Shown: positions 36,076-45,043 of the stretch, piece by piece | How the letters are laid out: each line of letters starts with the position of its first letter | How positions within the stretch are numbered: the stretch's first letter is position 1 | Source: a virus | Taxonomy: Duplodnaviria; Caudoviricetes | Reading direction: 5' to 3' (one strand) | DNA: 61,106 bases | Virus record (IMG/VR): IMGVR_UViG_3300027969_000110 | Location: 1 to 61,106 of that record | Position numbers and translations under genes: made by a program | Notes under the pieces: model-generated | Seen by the model: only the letters and a program-made list of their open reading frames with translations | Database searches by the model: none | Told to the model about the DNA's origin: nothing

Positions 36076-38024
36076 TGGCTGGTGCGCGCGAATTTCCTGA
36101 AGACAAATTTTCCCCGTCTTCGCTTCGCCGCATAGGCGACCCTGCTGCTGGCATGTTTGACATGACATCGCCGAGCGGCGTTCCGCTTGGTCAGGCGGCA
36201 ATGTTTATTGGTGCGCACGGTATGCAACGCGCCATGGACTTTGTTAAGCGGGTTGAGCGCGGTGAAATTGACCCCAGTTCAGATGAAGGTCTTCGCCAGA
36301 CGCTTGATTTAGCACTGCTAACGCTTGGCCGTCCGGGCGGCGTGTCTCGTCCGGGTACTGGCCTCCCGCGCGGGATAGAAGGTGAGATTTTGGCAGCGGA
36401 GCCGCGCGCAACGCCGCAGCTTGGCGTTAGGGAGCCCACCGTATTAGATCAGCGTGCCATGCCGTCTTCGCCTATGGGTCGCGGAACCAGCGGGGATGCA
36501 ATCCGTGGCACAAGCGCAGAAGGTGCGCCGCGATTGACGCGCGTAGACCCGTTGACACGCTATAGTCTTGTTGGTGAGCAGGGTCAGCGCATTGGGCCTA
36601 ACCGCCCACCAGAGGCTTTGCGTCCTGAAGTTGATGCAATGTATTCCCCAACTGGCCGCAATGAATTTTTGCCCAACGTGACAACGCAAAGCCGGTTGGC
36701 TCGTCTTGGCGATGAAAGCCCATTGCAGGCTGACCGGGCTGGGGTGGCACGGCAATCTGCTCAAGATGCTGAAGCTGCTTTTAGGGCGCGTCAGGCTGCC
36801 ATTGCAGAAGAAGAGGGTTTTGGCAGGCCTATGACACAATCCGAAAAGGATTTTGCTCAATTTCAACGCGAGTTGTCTTTGGCTGACAGGGGGGCAAATG
36901 TTCCTTTTGAGCCACCGGCTTCTGCGGGCGCTCCCCGGTCTCCGTTTCTTGACATGCCTGTTCCCGGCGTAAGAGCCCGACCGCCTGCTCCTGCACCAGA
37001 GCCGCTTCAGCTTGGCTCTAGCGGCTCTGCCTCTGGCACGTTGGTTGACCCGCTGACCGGTCACGCATATCAACCGCGCCAGTTTGGCCCGTTGTCGCAG
37101 TCTGGTTCTGGCTCGTTTAGCCCCATGACACGCGCAGAAGCATCTTTTCCTTCGCGCCCTCCAGCGGCCCCTATGGACCCAATTGCTGCCGCGCAAAAGG
37201 CCGCTATTGATGCCACTGCTAAACGGGTTGCTCTTGAGCGTGAGGGTGCTGGCGCAACGCAACTTAGGCAAGCTGTTATTGATGAAGCCGCTGCGCGAGT
37301 TGCTGCCGAGAGGGTTGCTGCTGACCAGACCTCCATGCTTCCATCTAGCTACAGGCCCGGCTGGAGTGGCAACATGGCGACCATGGGCGGCATTGGTGCT
37401 GGCACTGCGGCATTAATTACTGGCAGCCAAGAAGCTCAACGTAGGACTGAGCCTGTTGACCGGATGCCAGAGGGCTACAGACCCCAAAGTGCTGAAGACT
37501 TTCAACGGATGCTTTTTGGCGAGCCTCCCGTAAAACGTCAGATACCCGCTGCCGATGCCGATAGTATCACGGCGGGCTATGATGCGATCCCGGCGCAGCG
37601 TAGGCAAATACCGGCTGCCGATGCTGACAGCATTACGGCTGGCTATGACATGCCTGCTCAACGTGCCAAAACGACCGCTGCTTCAGTTTTGGGCGGCTCC
37701 CGCGCTGGCGCGTCTGCCCCCGCACAAGCTGCACCCGCAGAGTCCCGTGGGTTTCTGTCAAACCTGATCAGTTCTGCTGGCAAACTCTATGACCCCGACT
37801 ACCAGAAAGGCATGACTTCCCAGCAATTATTTGCAGAGTCCAACAAGAACCCAGACGACCCGGCTGCATTCTTCCGTGCTGACAAGCGTTGGAAGGAAGA
37901 GAACCCGAACTACGGGCAACCTCAAACTGAGAAGCGTGGCGGTGCTGTTGAACAGAAGCCCAGCAAAGAAGCTATGCTTCACAAGTCTCTTGAGATAATC
38001 CACCACATGATCAGGAACCGGTAA
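36075..38024 (+). CDS. Putative internal virion protein, low complexity
   Basis: 649 aa Pro/Ala-rich; RQIPAADADSITAGYD repeated twice; C-terminal EKRGG. Confidence 0.55.
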   Translation: MAGAREFPEDKFSPSSLRRIGDPAAGMFDMTSPSGVPLGQAAMFIGAHGMQRAMDFVKRVERGEIDPSSDEGLRQTLDLALLTLGRPGGVSRPGTGLPRGIEGEILAAEPRATPQLGVREPTVLDQRAMPSSPMGRGTSGDAIRGTSAEGAPRLTRVDPLTRYSLVGEQGQRIGPNRPPEALRPEVDAMYSPTGRNEFLPNVTTQSRLARLGDESPLQADRAGVARQSAQDAEAAFRARQAAIAEEEGFGRPMTQSEKDFAQFQRELSLADRGANVPFEPPASAGAPRSPFLDMPVPGVRARPPAPAPEPLQLGSSGSASGTLVDPLTGHAYQPRQFGPLSQSGSGSFSPMTRAEASFPSRPPAAPMDPIAAAQKAAIDATAKRVALEREGAGATQLRQAVIDEAAARVAAERVAADQTSMLPSSYRPGWSGNMATMGGIGAGTAALITGSQEAQRRTEPVDRMPEGYRPQSAEDFQRMLFGEPPVKRQIPAADADSITAGYDAIPAQRRQIPAADADSITAGYDMPAQRAKTTAASVLGGSRAGASAPAQAAPAESRGFLSNLISSAGKLYDPDYQKGMTSQQLFAESNKNPDDPAAFFRADKRWKEENPNYGQPQTEKRGGAVEQKPSKEAMLHKSLEIIHHMIRNR

Positions 38025-38033
38025 GAGGTTGCC

Positions 38034-39335
38034 ATGACCAAGCGCCGTATCGCCAACGCCCTGCACATTGCCAAAACTATGCGCCGGGCAAATTATGATA
38101 GAGGCGGCCTTACGCCTGCGTCATTGGCGAAGGCATGGACGCCCCCCGAAGAAGCTATTGAGAAAAACGTAGGGCCGCGCGCTAGAGAGTTTATGGAAAA
38201 TTATCCTGAGAAACTGTATCAGGGGATCGCAAATGTGCCACAGGCAATCACAGAAATGCCGGGCAAAGCTTATGAATTTATGAAATATCCCGGACAACTT
38301 TTGTATGGCGAAAAAACATTCAATCCTGATGAAGCCGCAGATTGGTCTAACACTCTTGGCAGCAACTTGCTTGGTATGTCTGCGCCTTCAGTGGTTAAAA
38401 TGCCAACGGATGGCGCATCTACCGCCCGCATTTTTGCTGGGCTCAATGCAGACACTGCTAATTTAGGGGCTTATCGCGCTGCGGAGGCGGCAAAAAAAGC
38501 TGGTATTGCTGAAGATGCAATATGGAAACAGCACGGTTGGGGTTGGACTAAAGATGGTAAACCATTTTTTGAAATATCTGACGAAAAAGCCGCTCTAACG
38601 CCTAAAACTCAAAAGTATTTTGAACACGGCGAACCTATGGAGGGGCATCTTAGAGACCACTTGCATCATCCAGAGTTTTTTGCTGCGTACCCAGAAGCTG
38701 CCCGTATGAGAGTAACAATTGACCCCAAAACTCCTATGCTTGGACAACCAAATGGTTGGTATCGGGAAGACCCTATATATGGCTTTATGAGAAATTCAGA
38801 ACTAGAAGTTCGGCAACCTACGCCTGAAAAAGCACTTAGCGTTCTTATGCACGAAGTTAATCATGGTGTTCAGGGATATGAAAATTTCCCCCGTGGCTCT
38901 AGTCCATCAACAATTAAACAAGATATTCTTGCAGATATTCAAAAGAGAATGGATGATGTTTTGGCGCAACGTGCACAATACGAAGAGGCTATCGCAAACG
39001 CGCCAGACTCTGCAACAAGAATAAAAATGAGGGAAAAGATAAATGAGCTAACGGAAACCTATAAAGACATTAGCCAATACAAAAACACAGCAGATATAGA
39101 CATGCAATCATACCGCGAATACTTCAAAACGCATGGCGAAGCCGATTCAAGAAATGTTCAAAATAGATTGGACATGAAAGCAGATGAACGCAGGCAAGTG
39201 TTGCCACGGCATACAATGGATGTGCCATGGGAAGATTTGATTGTCAGGTATCCACGAGCGCGCGGAGGCTCTATTGTAAATCGTGCGCTTATGGTAATGT
39301 CATCAAAGGCCAAGCGCCAACGGGGACGCCCGTAA
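38034..39335 (+). CDS. LPD23-like zincin metallopeptidase internal protein
   Basis: GW....DGK.FFEISD, HPEFFAAYP, HEVNHGVQ (HExxH), GEADSRNVQNR; flanked by YDRGG and RARGG. Confidence 0.7.
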   Translation: MTKRRIANALHIAKTMRRANYDRGGLTPASLAKAWTPPEEAIEKNVGPRAREFMENYPEKLYQGIANVPQAITEMPGKAYEFMKYPGQLLYGEKTFNPDEAADWSNTLGSNLLGMSAPSVVKMPTDGASTARIFAGLNADTANLGAYRAAEAAKKAGIAEDAIWKQHGWGWTKDGKPFFEISDEKAALTPKTQKYFEHGEPMEGHLRDHLHHPEFFAAYPEAARMRVTIDPKTPMLGQPNGWYREDPIYGFMRNSELEVRQPTPEKALSVLMHEVNHGVQGYENFPRGSSPSTIKQDILADIQKRMDDVLAQRAQYEEAIANAPDSATRIKMREKINELTETYKDISQYKNTADIDMQSYREYFKTHGEADSRNVQNRLDMKADERRQVLPRHTMDVPWEDLIVRYPRARGGSIVNRALMVMSSKAKRQRGRP

Positions 39336-39353
39336 TCCTAATTAGGAGCTATC

Positions 39354-40973
39354 ATGTCTGACATGGCAAAAGAGGCCCGCGCGGCCATGAAGGCGAAGGC
39401 CAAGAGCCTTACGACCGCCGACCCGCACCAGAAGGTTGATTCGTCTACTTGGACGCCGCCCGAGCCGCTGAACACGGAAGCCAAGACTGGCCTCCGTCCT
39501 CTCAGCCGCCGCGCGTTCAAGTTTGGCGGTAAGGTTCAGGGTCAGGCTGCCAAGTTCAACATGGGTAAGGCTGTTCGCACCGGCAACAAGCCGATGACCT
39601 CTGACTCCATGGCAAATAAGGACATGAAGTCGGCTAATCAGGAGCGGGCTGGCGTCAAGCACATTGGCGCGTTGAAGTCTGGTGGACGAGCCAAGAAGAT
39701 GATGGGCGGCCCTATGATGGGCGGCGACATGGACGGTGGCATGAACTCTGCTATGGCCCCCAGCGGTGGCCGTGGCACCGGCACCATGCCGCAGGGCGTT
39801 GACCCCAATGACAGCCGTTTTGGCATGGTCCCCGGCACTGCCAACGTCCCTTACAAGAAGGGTGGCAAAGTTCACGACGATGTAAAGCAGGATAAGGCGC
39901 TCATCAAGAAGATGGTGAAACCTGCGGCTCGCACCGGCAAAGATGAAGGTGGTCTTACCTTAGGATCGCCTAAAGCTGAAAGCCGGTATTCTGAAGCTAC
40001 TCGTAACGCCCGCGCACAGCGTCAGGCGCAGGATCTTTCTGATAAAGCATCTAACGCAAACTATGCTACTGCTGGTCTTCGTGGCGCTGAATGGGCAAAT
40101 AAGCAAAGTCTTGCGGACACGGCTAACAAAGAAGCTGGTGCTGCAAGAAGCCAAGCTGACACGATTTCTGAGCAGACTGGGTATCCCAATACGCAGTATA
40201 AAAAAGGTGGCCGCACCAAGCGGGCTACTGGCGGTCAGGCTATGGGAATGGATGACGGGAGCCGTCAAAGTCGCATGGGTTCTGATGATCGGGCTGCGGC
40301 TCAGGCGGCGGCTGCAAATATGGGCGCAAGAGATGCCAGTCTTGCTGACCAGCAAAATGCAATGGGTGGAATGAAAAAGGGTGGCCGTACCGGTCGCGCT
40401 ACTGGCGGTCAGGTCTTCTCTGGTCCCGGCTATCCCGGTAAGGTTCCCGGCGTTGTTCCGGGTGGGCGCGATGCTCACGCGCGCGGGGGTAAGACCCGTG
40501 GCAAAGGCCAGACCAAAATCAACATTATGATTGGAGCGGCCCAGCCCGGCATGGGTGGCGCTAATCCTATGGGTGGCCCGACCCCGCCTCCGGGCATGGG
40601 TGGCGATCAGCCTCCGGGCGGTATGCCGATCCCGATGCCTGCCCCGGCTGCTGGCGCTCCCGCACCGGCTCCGATGCCAATGCCAATCCCGATGCCCGGC
40701 CCGGCTGGTCCTGCTGGTCCTCCCGGTATGCCTATGGCGCGTAAGTCTGGTGGCCGTACCTACAAGTCTTACAAAGACATGGACGCTGGCGCTGGCTCCG
40801 GTGAAGGCCGTCTGGAAAAGACGGAAATCGCTGAACACAAGCGCGGCGAGCGTAAGGCTGGTGGGCGCACTTACCGTTCTTATAAGGACATGGATGCTGG
40901 TTCTGGGTCTGGGCTTGGCCGGTTGGAGAAGACTGAGATTGCCGCGCACAAGAGCGGCATTCAGAAAGCTTGA
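39354..40973 (+). CDS. Basic GG-motif-rich internal virion protein
   Basis: About 12 xxxGG motifs, a Pro/Met-rich stretch and two ~38-aa C-terminal repeats RKxGGRTY.SYKDMDAG.GSG.GRLEKTEIA.HK. Confidence 0.65.
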   Translation: MSDMAKEARAAMKAKAKSLTTADPHQKVDSSTWTPPEPLNTEAKTGLRPLSRRAFKFGGKVQGQAAKFNMGKAVRTGNKPMTSDSMANKDMKSANQERAGVKHIGALKSGGRAKKMMGGPMMGGDMDGGMNSAMAPSGGRGTGTMPQGVDPNDSRFGMVPGTANVPYKKGGKVHDDVKQDKALIKKMVKPAARTGKDEGGLTLGSPKAESRYSEATRNARAQRQAQDLSDKASNANYATAGLRGAEWANKQSLADTANKEAGAARSQADTISEQTGYPNTQYKKGGRTKRATGGQAMGMDDGSRQSRMGSDDRAAAQAAAANMGARDASLADQQNAMGGMKKGGRTGRATGGQVFSGPGYPGKVPGVVPGGRDAHARGGKTRGKGQTKINIMIGAAQPGMGGANPMGGPTPPPGMGGDQPPGGMPIPMPAPAAGAPAPAPMPMPIPMPGPAGPAGPPGMPMARKSGGRTYKSYKDMDAGAGSGEGRLEKTEIAEHKRGERKAGGRTYRSYKDMDAGSGSGLGRLEKTEIAAHKSGIQKA

Positions 40974-41011
40974 GTAATTCGCGCTGGCTTTGACCGCCAC
41001 TGCGAATGACC

Positions 41012-41045
41012 GGGTGGGAGCGTGACCCCCTTCATGCTCCCACCC
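41012..41045. terminator. Stem-loop after internal protein cluster
   Basis: GGGTGGGAGC...GCTCCCACCC. Confidence 0.5.
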
Positions 41046-41079
41046 ATGGATACCAAAGGGGACCGCTAAGGGGGCGGTT

Positions 41080-41307
41080 ATGGCAGCTACAACATACCAG
41101 ATGTACTATCAGTACGAGCTAAAGAAGGCTCTTGAGGAAAATATAGAGCGACTTAAAGAAGCTCTCGTAACCTCTTATCAAATCGAAGGTTTTGACTTTT
41201 CGGCCTACCGTCACCAAGTAGGTAGGATCGAAGGACTTCGCATGGCTGTGGAGCTTTGCGATGAGGCAGATGCCATTGTGAATGGCAAAGAGCGTGAAGG
41301 GGGTTAG
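41080..41307 (+). CDS. Conserved small head-region protein
   Basis: DFSAYRHQVGRIEGL; precedes GroES-like gene. Confidence 0.6.
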   Translation: MAATTYQMYYQYELKKALEENIERLKEALVTSYQIEGFDFSAYRHQVGRIEGLRMAVELCDEADAIVNGKEREGG

Positions 41308-41308
41308 A

Positions 41309-41701
41309 ATGCCTTTTATGACCATGGAACACGAGAATGATCCGGCAGAACTCTTGCGGAAGCAGGCCGGTGACATTTCATCAGTTGAAGTGTTCAACAA
41401 TCAGCTTTTGGTGGCAGTGTATGTACGCCCCCAGAAGACCAAGAGTGGTCTGTATTTGACCGACAAGACGACTGAAGAAGACAAGTATCAGTCCAAAGTT
41501 GGTCTGGTCCTGAAGATGGGCGCGTCTGCTTTCCATGACACGACTGGCGAGTGGTTTAGCGATGTTGAGATTAATGAGGGTGATTGGATTGTCTTTCGCC
41601 CCTCTGAAGGTTGGAGCATCACTGTCAACGGCCAACTGTGCCGGATGATTGATGACATCAACGTAAAGGGTCGGGTCGATCAACCTGACCGTGTATGGTA
41701 A
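41309..41701 (+). CDS. groES: GroES-like co-chaperonin
   Basis: KTKSGLYL, VGLVLKMG..AF, GDWIVF, CRMIDD. Confidence 0.8.
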   Translation: MPFMTMEHENDPAELLRKQAGDISSVEVFNNQLLVAVYVRPQKTKSGLYLTDKTTEEDKYQSKVGLVLKMGASAFHDTTGEWFSDVEINEGDWIVFRPSEGWSITVNGQLCRMIDDINVKGRVDQPDRVW

Positions 41702-41713
41702 CAGGAGGATAAT

Positions 41714-42622
41714 ATGAGTGAAGTTGAAGAGCAGATTGAGTTTCCGCTTGATGATACCGCTGTCAAACCGGAACCCGATAAGGAAGAGCCTGTACTTGAG
41801 ATAGTGAATGAAGCCGCCCCGGTTGAGGCTGCCAAAAATCCGTCTCATGATGCAGAAGAGGCCCTGAAAAATCTCAGGAAGCGGCTTGAGAAGGAAAGGG
41901 AAGCCCGGAAGGAAGCCGAATCTCAGGCCAGACAGTCTGCGGAACAGGCCCGTCAGGCTTCGATGGAGGTGCAGGATAGCCGCTTGCATCTTGTTGGTGG
42001 CGCAATCGAAACGCTCAAGCGCGACGATGATATTTTGACCGCCCATCTTCGTAATGCCATGGAGACTGGCGATTACGATAAGGCGGCTGAGATCAATCGG
42101 ACGCTTGCCAGCAATGCCAGCAAGTTGTCTGAGCTTGAGCGTGGCTATAATGATCTTCGTAATGCTCCAACGCCGCCGCCTATCCAGCAAGCGCCAAAGG
42201 AAATGACCGTTGACGATGTAATTCAACAGGTTACACCCCGGTCTGCTGAGTGGCTACGCGCCAATAAGCAGCATCTGCCAGACACTCGCAGCCTGCGAAT
42301 CATGGGTCGCGCCCATGACGATGCGGTTGATCTTGGGATTATCCCTGAATCGGATCAGTATTTCCGATTTATAGAGAGCCGTGTCGGCATTACCTCCAAG
42401 CCTGCCTCCTACGAGAGTGATGATGCCATGTCAGGTGCTGCCAAAGTGACAAAAAACCGGCAATCGCCTCCGTCTGCGCCTGTTTCGCGCCAGCCGGTTG
42501 ATACCCCAAACCGTCCGGGGACCATCCGACTGACCGCAGAGCAAGTTGAAGCCGCAAAGATCAGTGGTGTCACTCCGCAGGAGTACTACAAGCTGATGAT
42601 GCAAGAACGTAACCGGAATTAA
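41714..42622 (+). CDS. Scaffolding protein
   Basis: Acidic N-terminus, coiled coil, C-terminal IRLTAEQVEAAKISGVTPQEYYK; upstream of capsid genes. Confidence 0.75.
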   Translation: MSEVEEQIEFPLDDTAVKPEPDKEEPVLEIVNEAAPVEAAKNPSHDAEEALKNLRKRLEKEREARKEAESQARQSAEQARQASMEVQDSRLHLVGGAIETLKRDDDILTAHLRNAMETGDYDKAAEINRTLASNASKLSELERGYNDLRNAPTPPPIQQAPKEMTVDDVIQQVTPRSAEWLRANKQHLPDTRSLRIMGRAHDDAVDLGIIPESDQYFRFIESRVGITSKPASYESDDAMSGAAKVTKNRQSPPSAPVSRQPVDTPNRPGTIRLTAEQVEAAKISGVTPQEYYKLMMQERNRN

Positions 42623-42630
42623 GGAGTAAT

Positions 42631-43254
42631 ATGATGACTGAGACCGCAGCACGACGCCGTGGACGCCCGCCCCGCCCTATGGCGCAGGCAAAACCCAACG
42701 ATTTCCCCAATTCGGATGAGCCGATCATGGAAACCGCTGAAATTGCAGGGGTTGTAGCCAATGATCGACCTTCTATGAGGCCGACAATGCGCGCAGAAGA
42801 CCCCCGAGTTGCCGCCGCCCGCCGTGCGGCTGAAATTCGCGGCCATTTGGGCGATATTGACACCGGAATTGATGAATTTCGGGCTCCCAAAGCTCCCGAT
42901 GGTTGGGAATACGAGTGGAAGCGCAAGACCGTGCTTGGTCAGGAAGACCCTGCTTATCAGGTTCAACTGGCGCGTATGGGCTGGGAATCTGTCCCGACTG
43001 CCGCCCATCCTGAAGAAATGCCCGGTCGTGGCAACCATCCCGTTATTGAGCGTAAGGGCATGGCATTGATGATGCGCCCTGCGGTCATTTCTGAGGAAGC
43101 CCGCTCGATTGACAAGCAACGCGCCAAAGATCAGGTGCGCGCTAAGGAACAGCAGCTTAATGCGGCTCCTGACGGTCAGTTTGAGCGTAATGACCCGCGC
43201 GTTAAGGCGAATATCAAGAAGGGATACTCGCCAATTGCAGTGCCAAACGACTAA
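42631..43254 (+). CDS. Conserved head-assembly protein
   Basis: PDGWEYEWKR..VLG....GWE.VP...HPE...ALMMRP. Confidence 0.6.
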   Translation: MMTETAARRRGRPPRPMAQAKPNDFPNSDEPIMETAEIAGVVANDRPSMRPTMRAEDPRVAAARRAAEIRGHLGDIDTGIDEFRAPKAPDGWEYEWKRKTVLGQEDPAYQVQLARMGWESVPTAAHPEEMPGRGNHPVIERKGMALMMRPAVISEEARSIDKQRAKDQVRAKEQQLNAAPDGQFERNDPRVKANIKKGYSPIAVPND

Positions 43255-43276
43255 TTGGCATGACATTTTGACATTT

Positions 43277-43304
43277 AGGGGCTGCTGTCATGGCGGCCCC
43301 TTTA
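43277..43304 (+). terminator. Stem-loop with T-tail
   Basis: AGGGGCTGC...GCGGCCCCT followed by TT. Confidence 0.55.
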
Positions 43305-43351
43305 CATTTTTAATTTATGTGGGTATTTTGTTGCCACGGTCTTGATGGCCT

Positions 43352-43411
43352 CTTTCCCCCGGCGCGGAAAGTAAAAATCCCCCCGGTCTCCTAACTCCCC
43401 CGGCGCGGAGT
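43352..43411 (+). promoter_or_regulatory. Twin hairpins with identical loops in capsid operon leader
   Basis: CTTTCC-CCCGGCGC-GGAAAG and ACTCC-CCCGGCGC-GGAGT. Confidence 0.5.
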
Positions 43412-43441
43412 GATGGGACTTCCTGAAAAGGAGGCACCGTC

Positions 43442-44026
43442 ATGGCGAATAGCAATACGCCTTTCGGTTTTAGTCAGTACTCTGGTACGGGTTCTGCCCC
43501 TACCTATGAGCAGGTGACAGGCATTGTCGCCTATAACGCTTCGAACATCTTTAGCGGTGATCCCGTAGAGCCTCTGGCTGATGGCACGCTCCAGCGTGGC
43601 GATGGCACAACCGGCGCTGAAGGCATTGCTGGCATTTTTGTCGGCTGTCAGTACCTTTCTGTTTCGCAGAAGCGTACCGTCTGGTCCAACTGGTGGCCGG
43701 GCAGCGATGTCGCTTCTGCGAATGTCGTGACGGCGTACATTGTCAATGATCCGAATGCCAAGTGGCTGGTGCAGACTGACAGTTCCGGTCTGGCTCAGAC
43801 CGCTGTTGGTGGCACCATTGGCTACAACACCGGCACTGGCAATACTGCCAGCGGTCTCTCTGGCGCGTATGTCACGGGTCTTGGCCCGGCGACTGCTACC
43901 CTTCCCTTCCGTGTTGTAAGTCTCGTTGTTGATCCGCCCGGTTCTGCCGGTACGGAAGCGGGTGCCTACAACCGGGTTATCGTGTCGTTCAATAACGTAA
44001 CGACCCGTAATCTCACTGGCATCTAA
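43442..44026 (+). CDS. Capsid decoration/cement protein
   Basis: MAN.N.PFGF, IFSGD.V, GIFVGCQY, DP; directly upstream of the major capsid gene. Confidence 0.65.
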   Translation: MANSNTPFGFSQYSGTGSAPTYEQVTGIVAYNASNIFSGDPVEPLADGTLQRGDGTTGAEGIAGIFVGCQYLSVSQKRTVWSNWWPGSDVASANVVTAYIVNDPNAKWLVQTDSSGLAQTAVGGTIGYNTGTGNTASGLSGAYVTGLGPATATLPFRVVSLVVDPPGSAGTEAGAYNRVIVSFNNVTTRNLTGI

Positions 44027-44039
44027 GGAGTAAGGACCA

Positions 44040-44954
44040 ATGGCTGTCAATCTCTCAGCGATTAAAGACCTTCTCCTCCCCGGCCTCCGTGGGGTTGAAG
44101 GCAAGTACGAGATGATCCCGTCTCAGTACGACAAGATTTTCACGAAGCATGATTCCAAGATGGCGCTTGAGCGCACTGCGGAAATGCGCTTCTTGGGTCT
44201 TGCCCAGTTGAAGACTGAAGGCGGTCAGACCGCTTTCGACAACGGCGCTGGCGAGCGTTATGTGTACAATCAGGAGCATACTGAGATTGCTCTTGGCTAT
44301 GCCATCACCCGCAAAGCCATCGACGACAACCTCTACAAGACCCAGTTTGCGCCCAGCAATCTTGGCCTTATTGAGTCCTTCCAGCAGACGAAGGAAATCT
44401 ATGGCGCGAACGTCCTGAACACTGCCACGACCTACAATGCGTCGATTGGTGGTGACGGTCAGGCCCTTTGCTCCGCTTCCCATCCCATTGATGGCGGCAC
44501 GGTTTCCAACATTCCGACGACCCCGGTCGATCTGAATGAGTCCACCCTGCTGAACGGCATGATCTCGATCAGGACGAACTTTAAGGACCAAGCCGGTCTG
44601 AAAGTGTTCGCCCGTGGTCGCAAGCTTGTTGTCCCCGCGCAGCTTGAGCCCGTCGCTATTCGTCTGACGAAGACGGAACTGCGTCCGGGTACTGCGGACA
44701 ATGATGTTAATGCGATCATGATGACCGCTGGTGGTCTTCCTGAGTCGTATCTGGTCAACGACTTCCTCACCTCCCCCTATGCTTGGTTCCTGCTGACCAA
44801 CATCGACGGGCTCTCCTACATGGAGAGAGTGAAGTTTGAAACCGATATGCAGGTAGATTTTGTTACAGATAATCTGCTTGTGAAGGGTTACGAGAGATAT
44901 TCGTTCGCCTACTACAATTGGAGGAGTATCTGGGGAAGCTTCCCAACCTCTTGA
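44040..44954 (+). CDS. Major capsid protein (HK97 fold, Mu gpT-like)
   Basis: LLLPGL...EIALGYAITRKAIDDNLY...KLVVP..L...AWFL.T...ERYSF...WR.I.GS; strong codon bias. Confidence 0.9.
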   Translation: MAVNLSAIKDLLLPGLRGVEGKYEMIPSQYDKIFTKHDSKMALERTAEMRFLGLAQLKTEGGQTAFDNGAGERYVYNQEHTEIALGYAITRKAIDDNLYKTQFAPSNLGLIESFQQTKEIYGANVLNTATTYNASIGGDGQALCSASHPIDGGTVSNIPTTPVDLNESTLLNGMISIRTNFKDQAGLKVFARGRKLVVPAQLEPVAIRLTKTELRPGTADNDVNAIMMTAGGLPESYLVNDFLTSPYAWFLLTNIDGLSYMERVKFETDMQVDFVTDNLLVKGYERYSFAYYNWRSIWGSFPTS

Positions 44955-45043
44955 TTTGGTTGGGTTTTTCGTCCTTAGAACGCTACAATTGACAAAAATT
45001 AATCTTCCGGTGTATGGTTCAAAACCAACATCGGGAGATTAAA

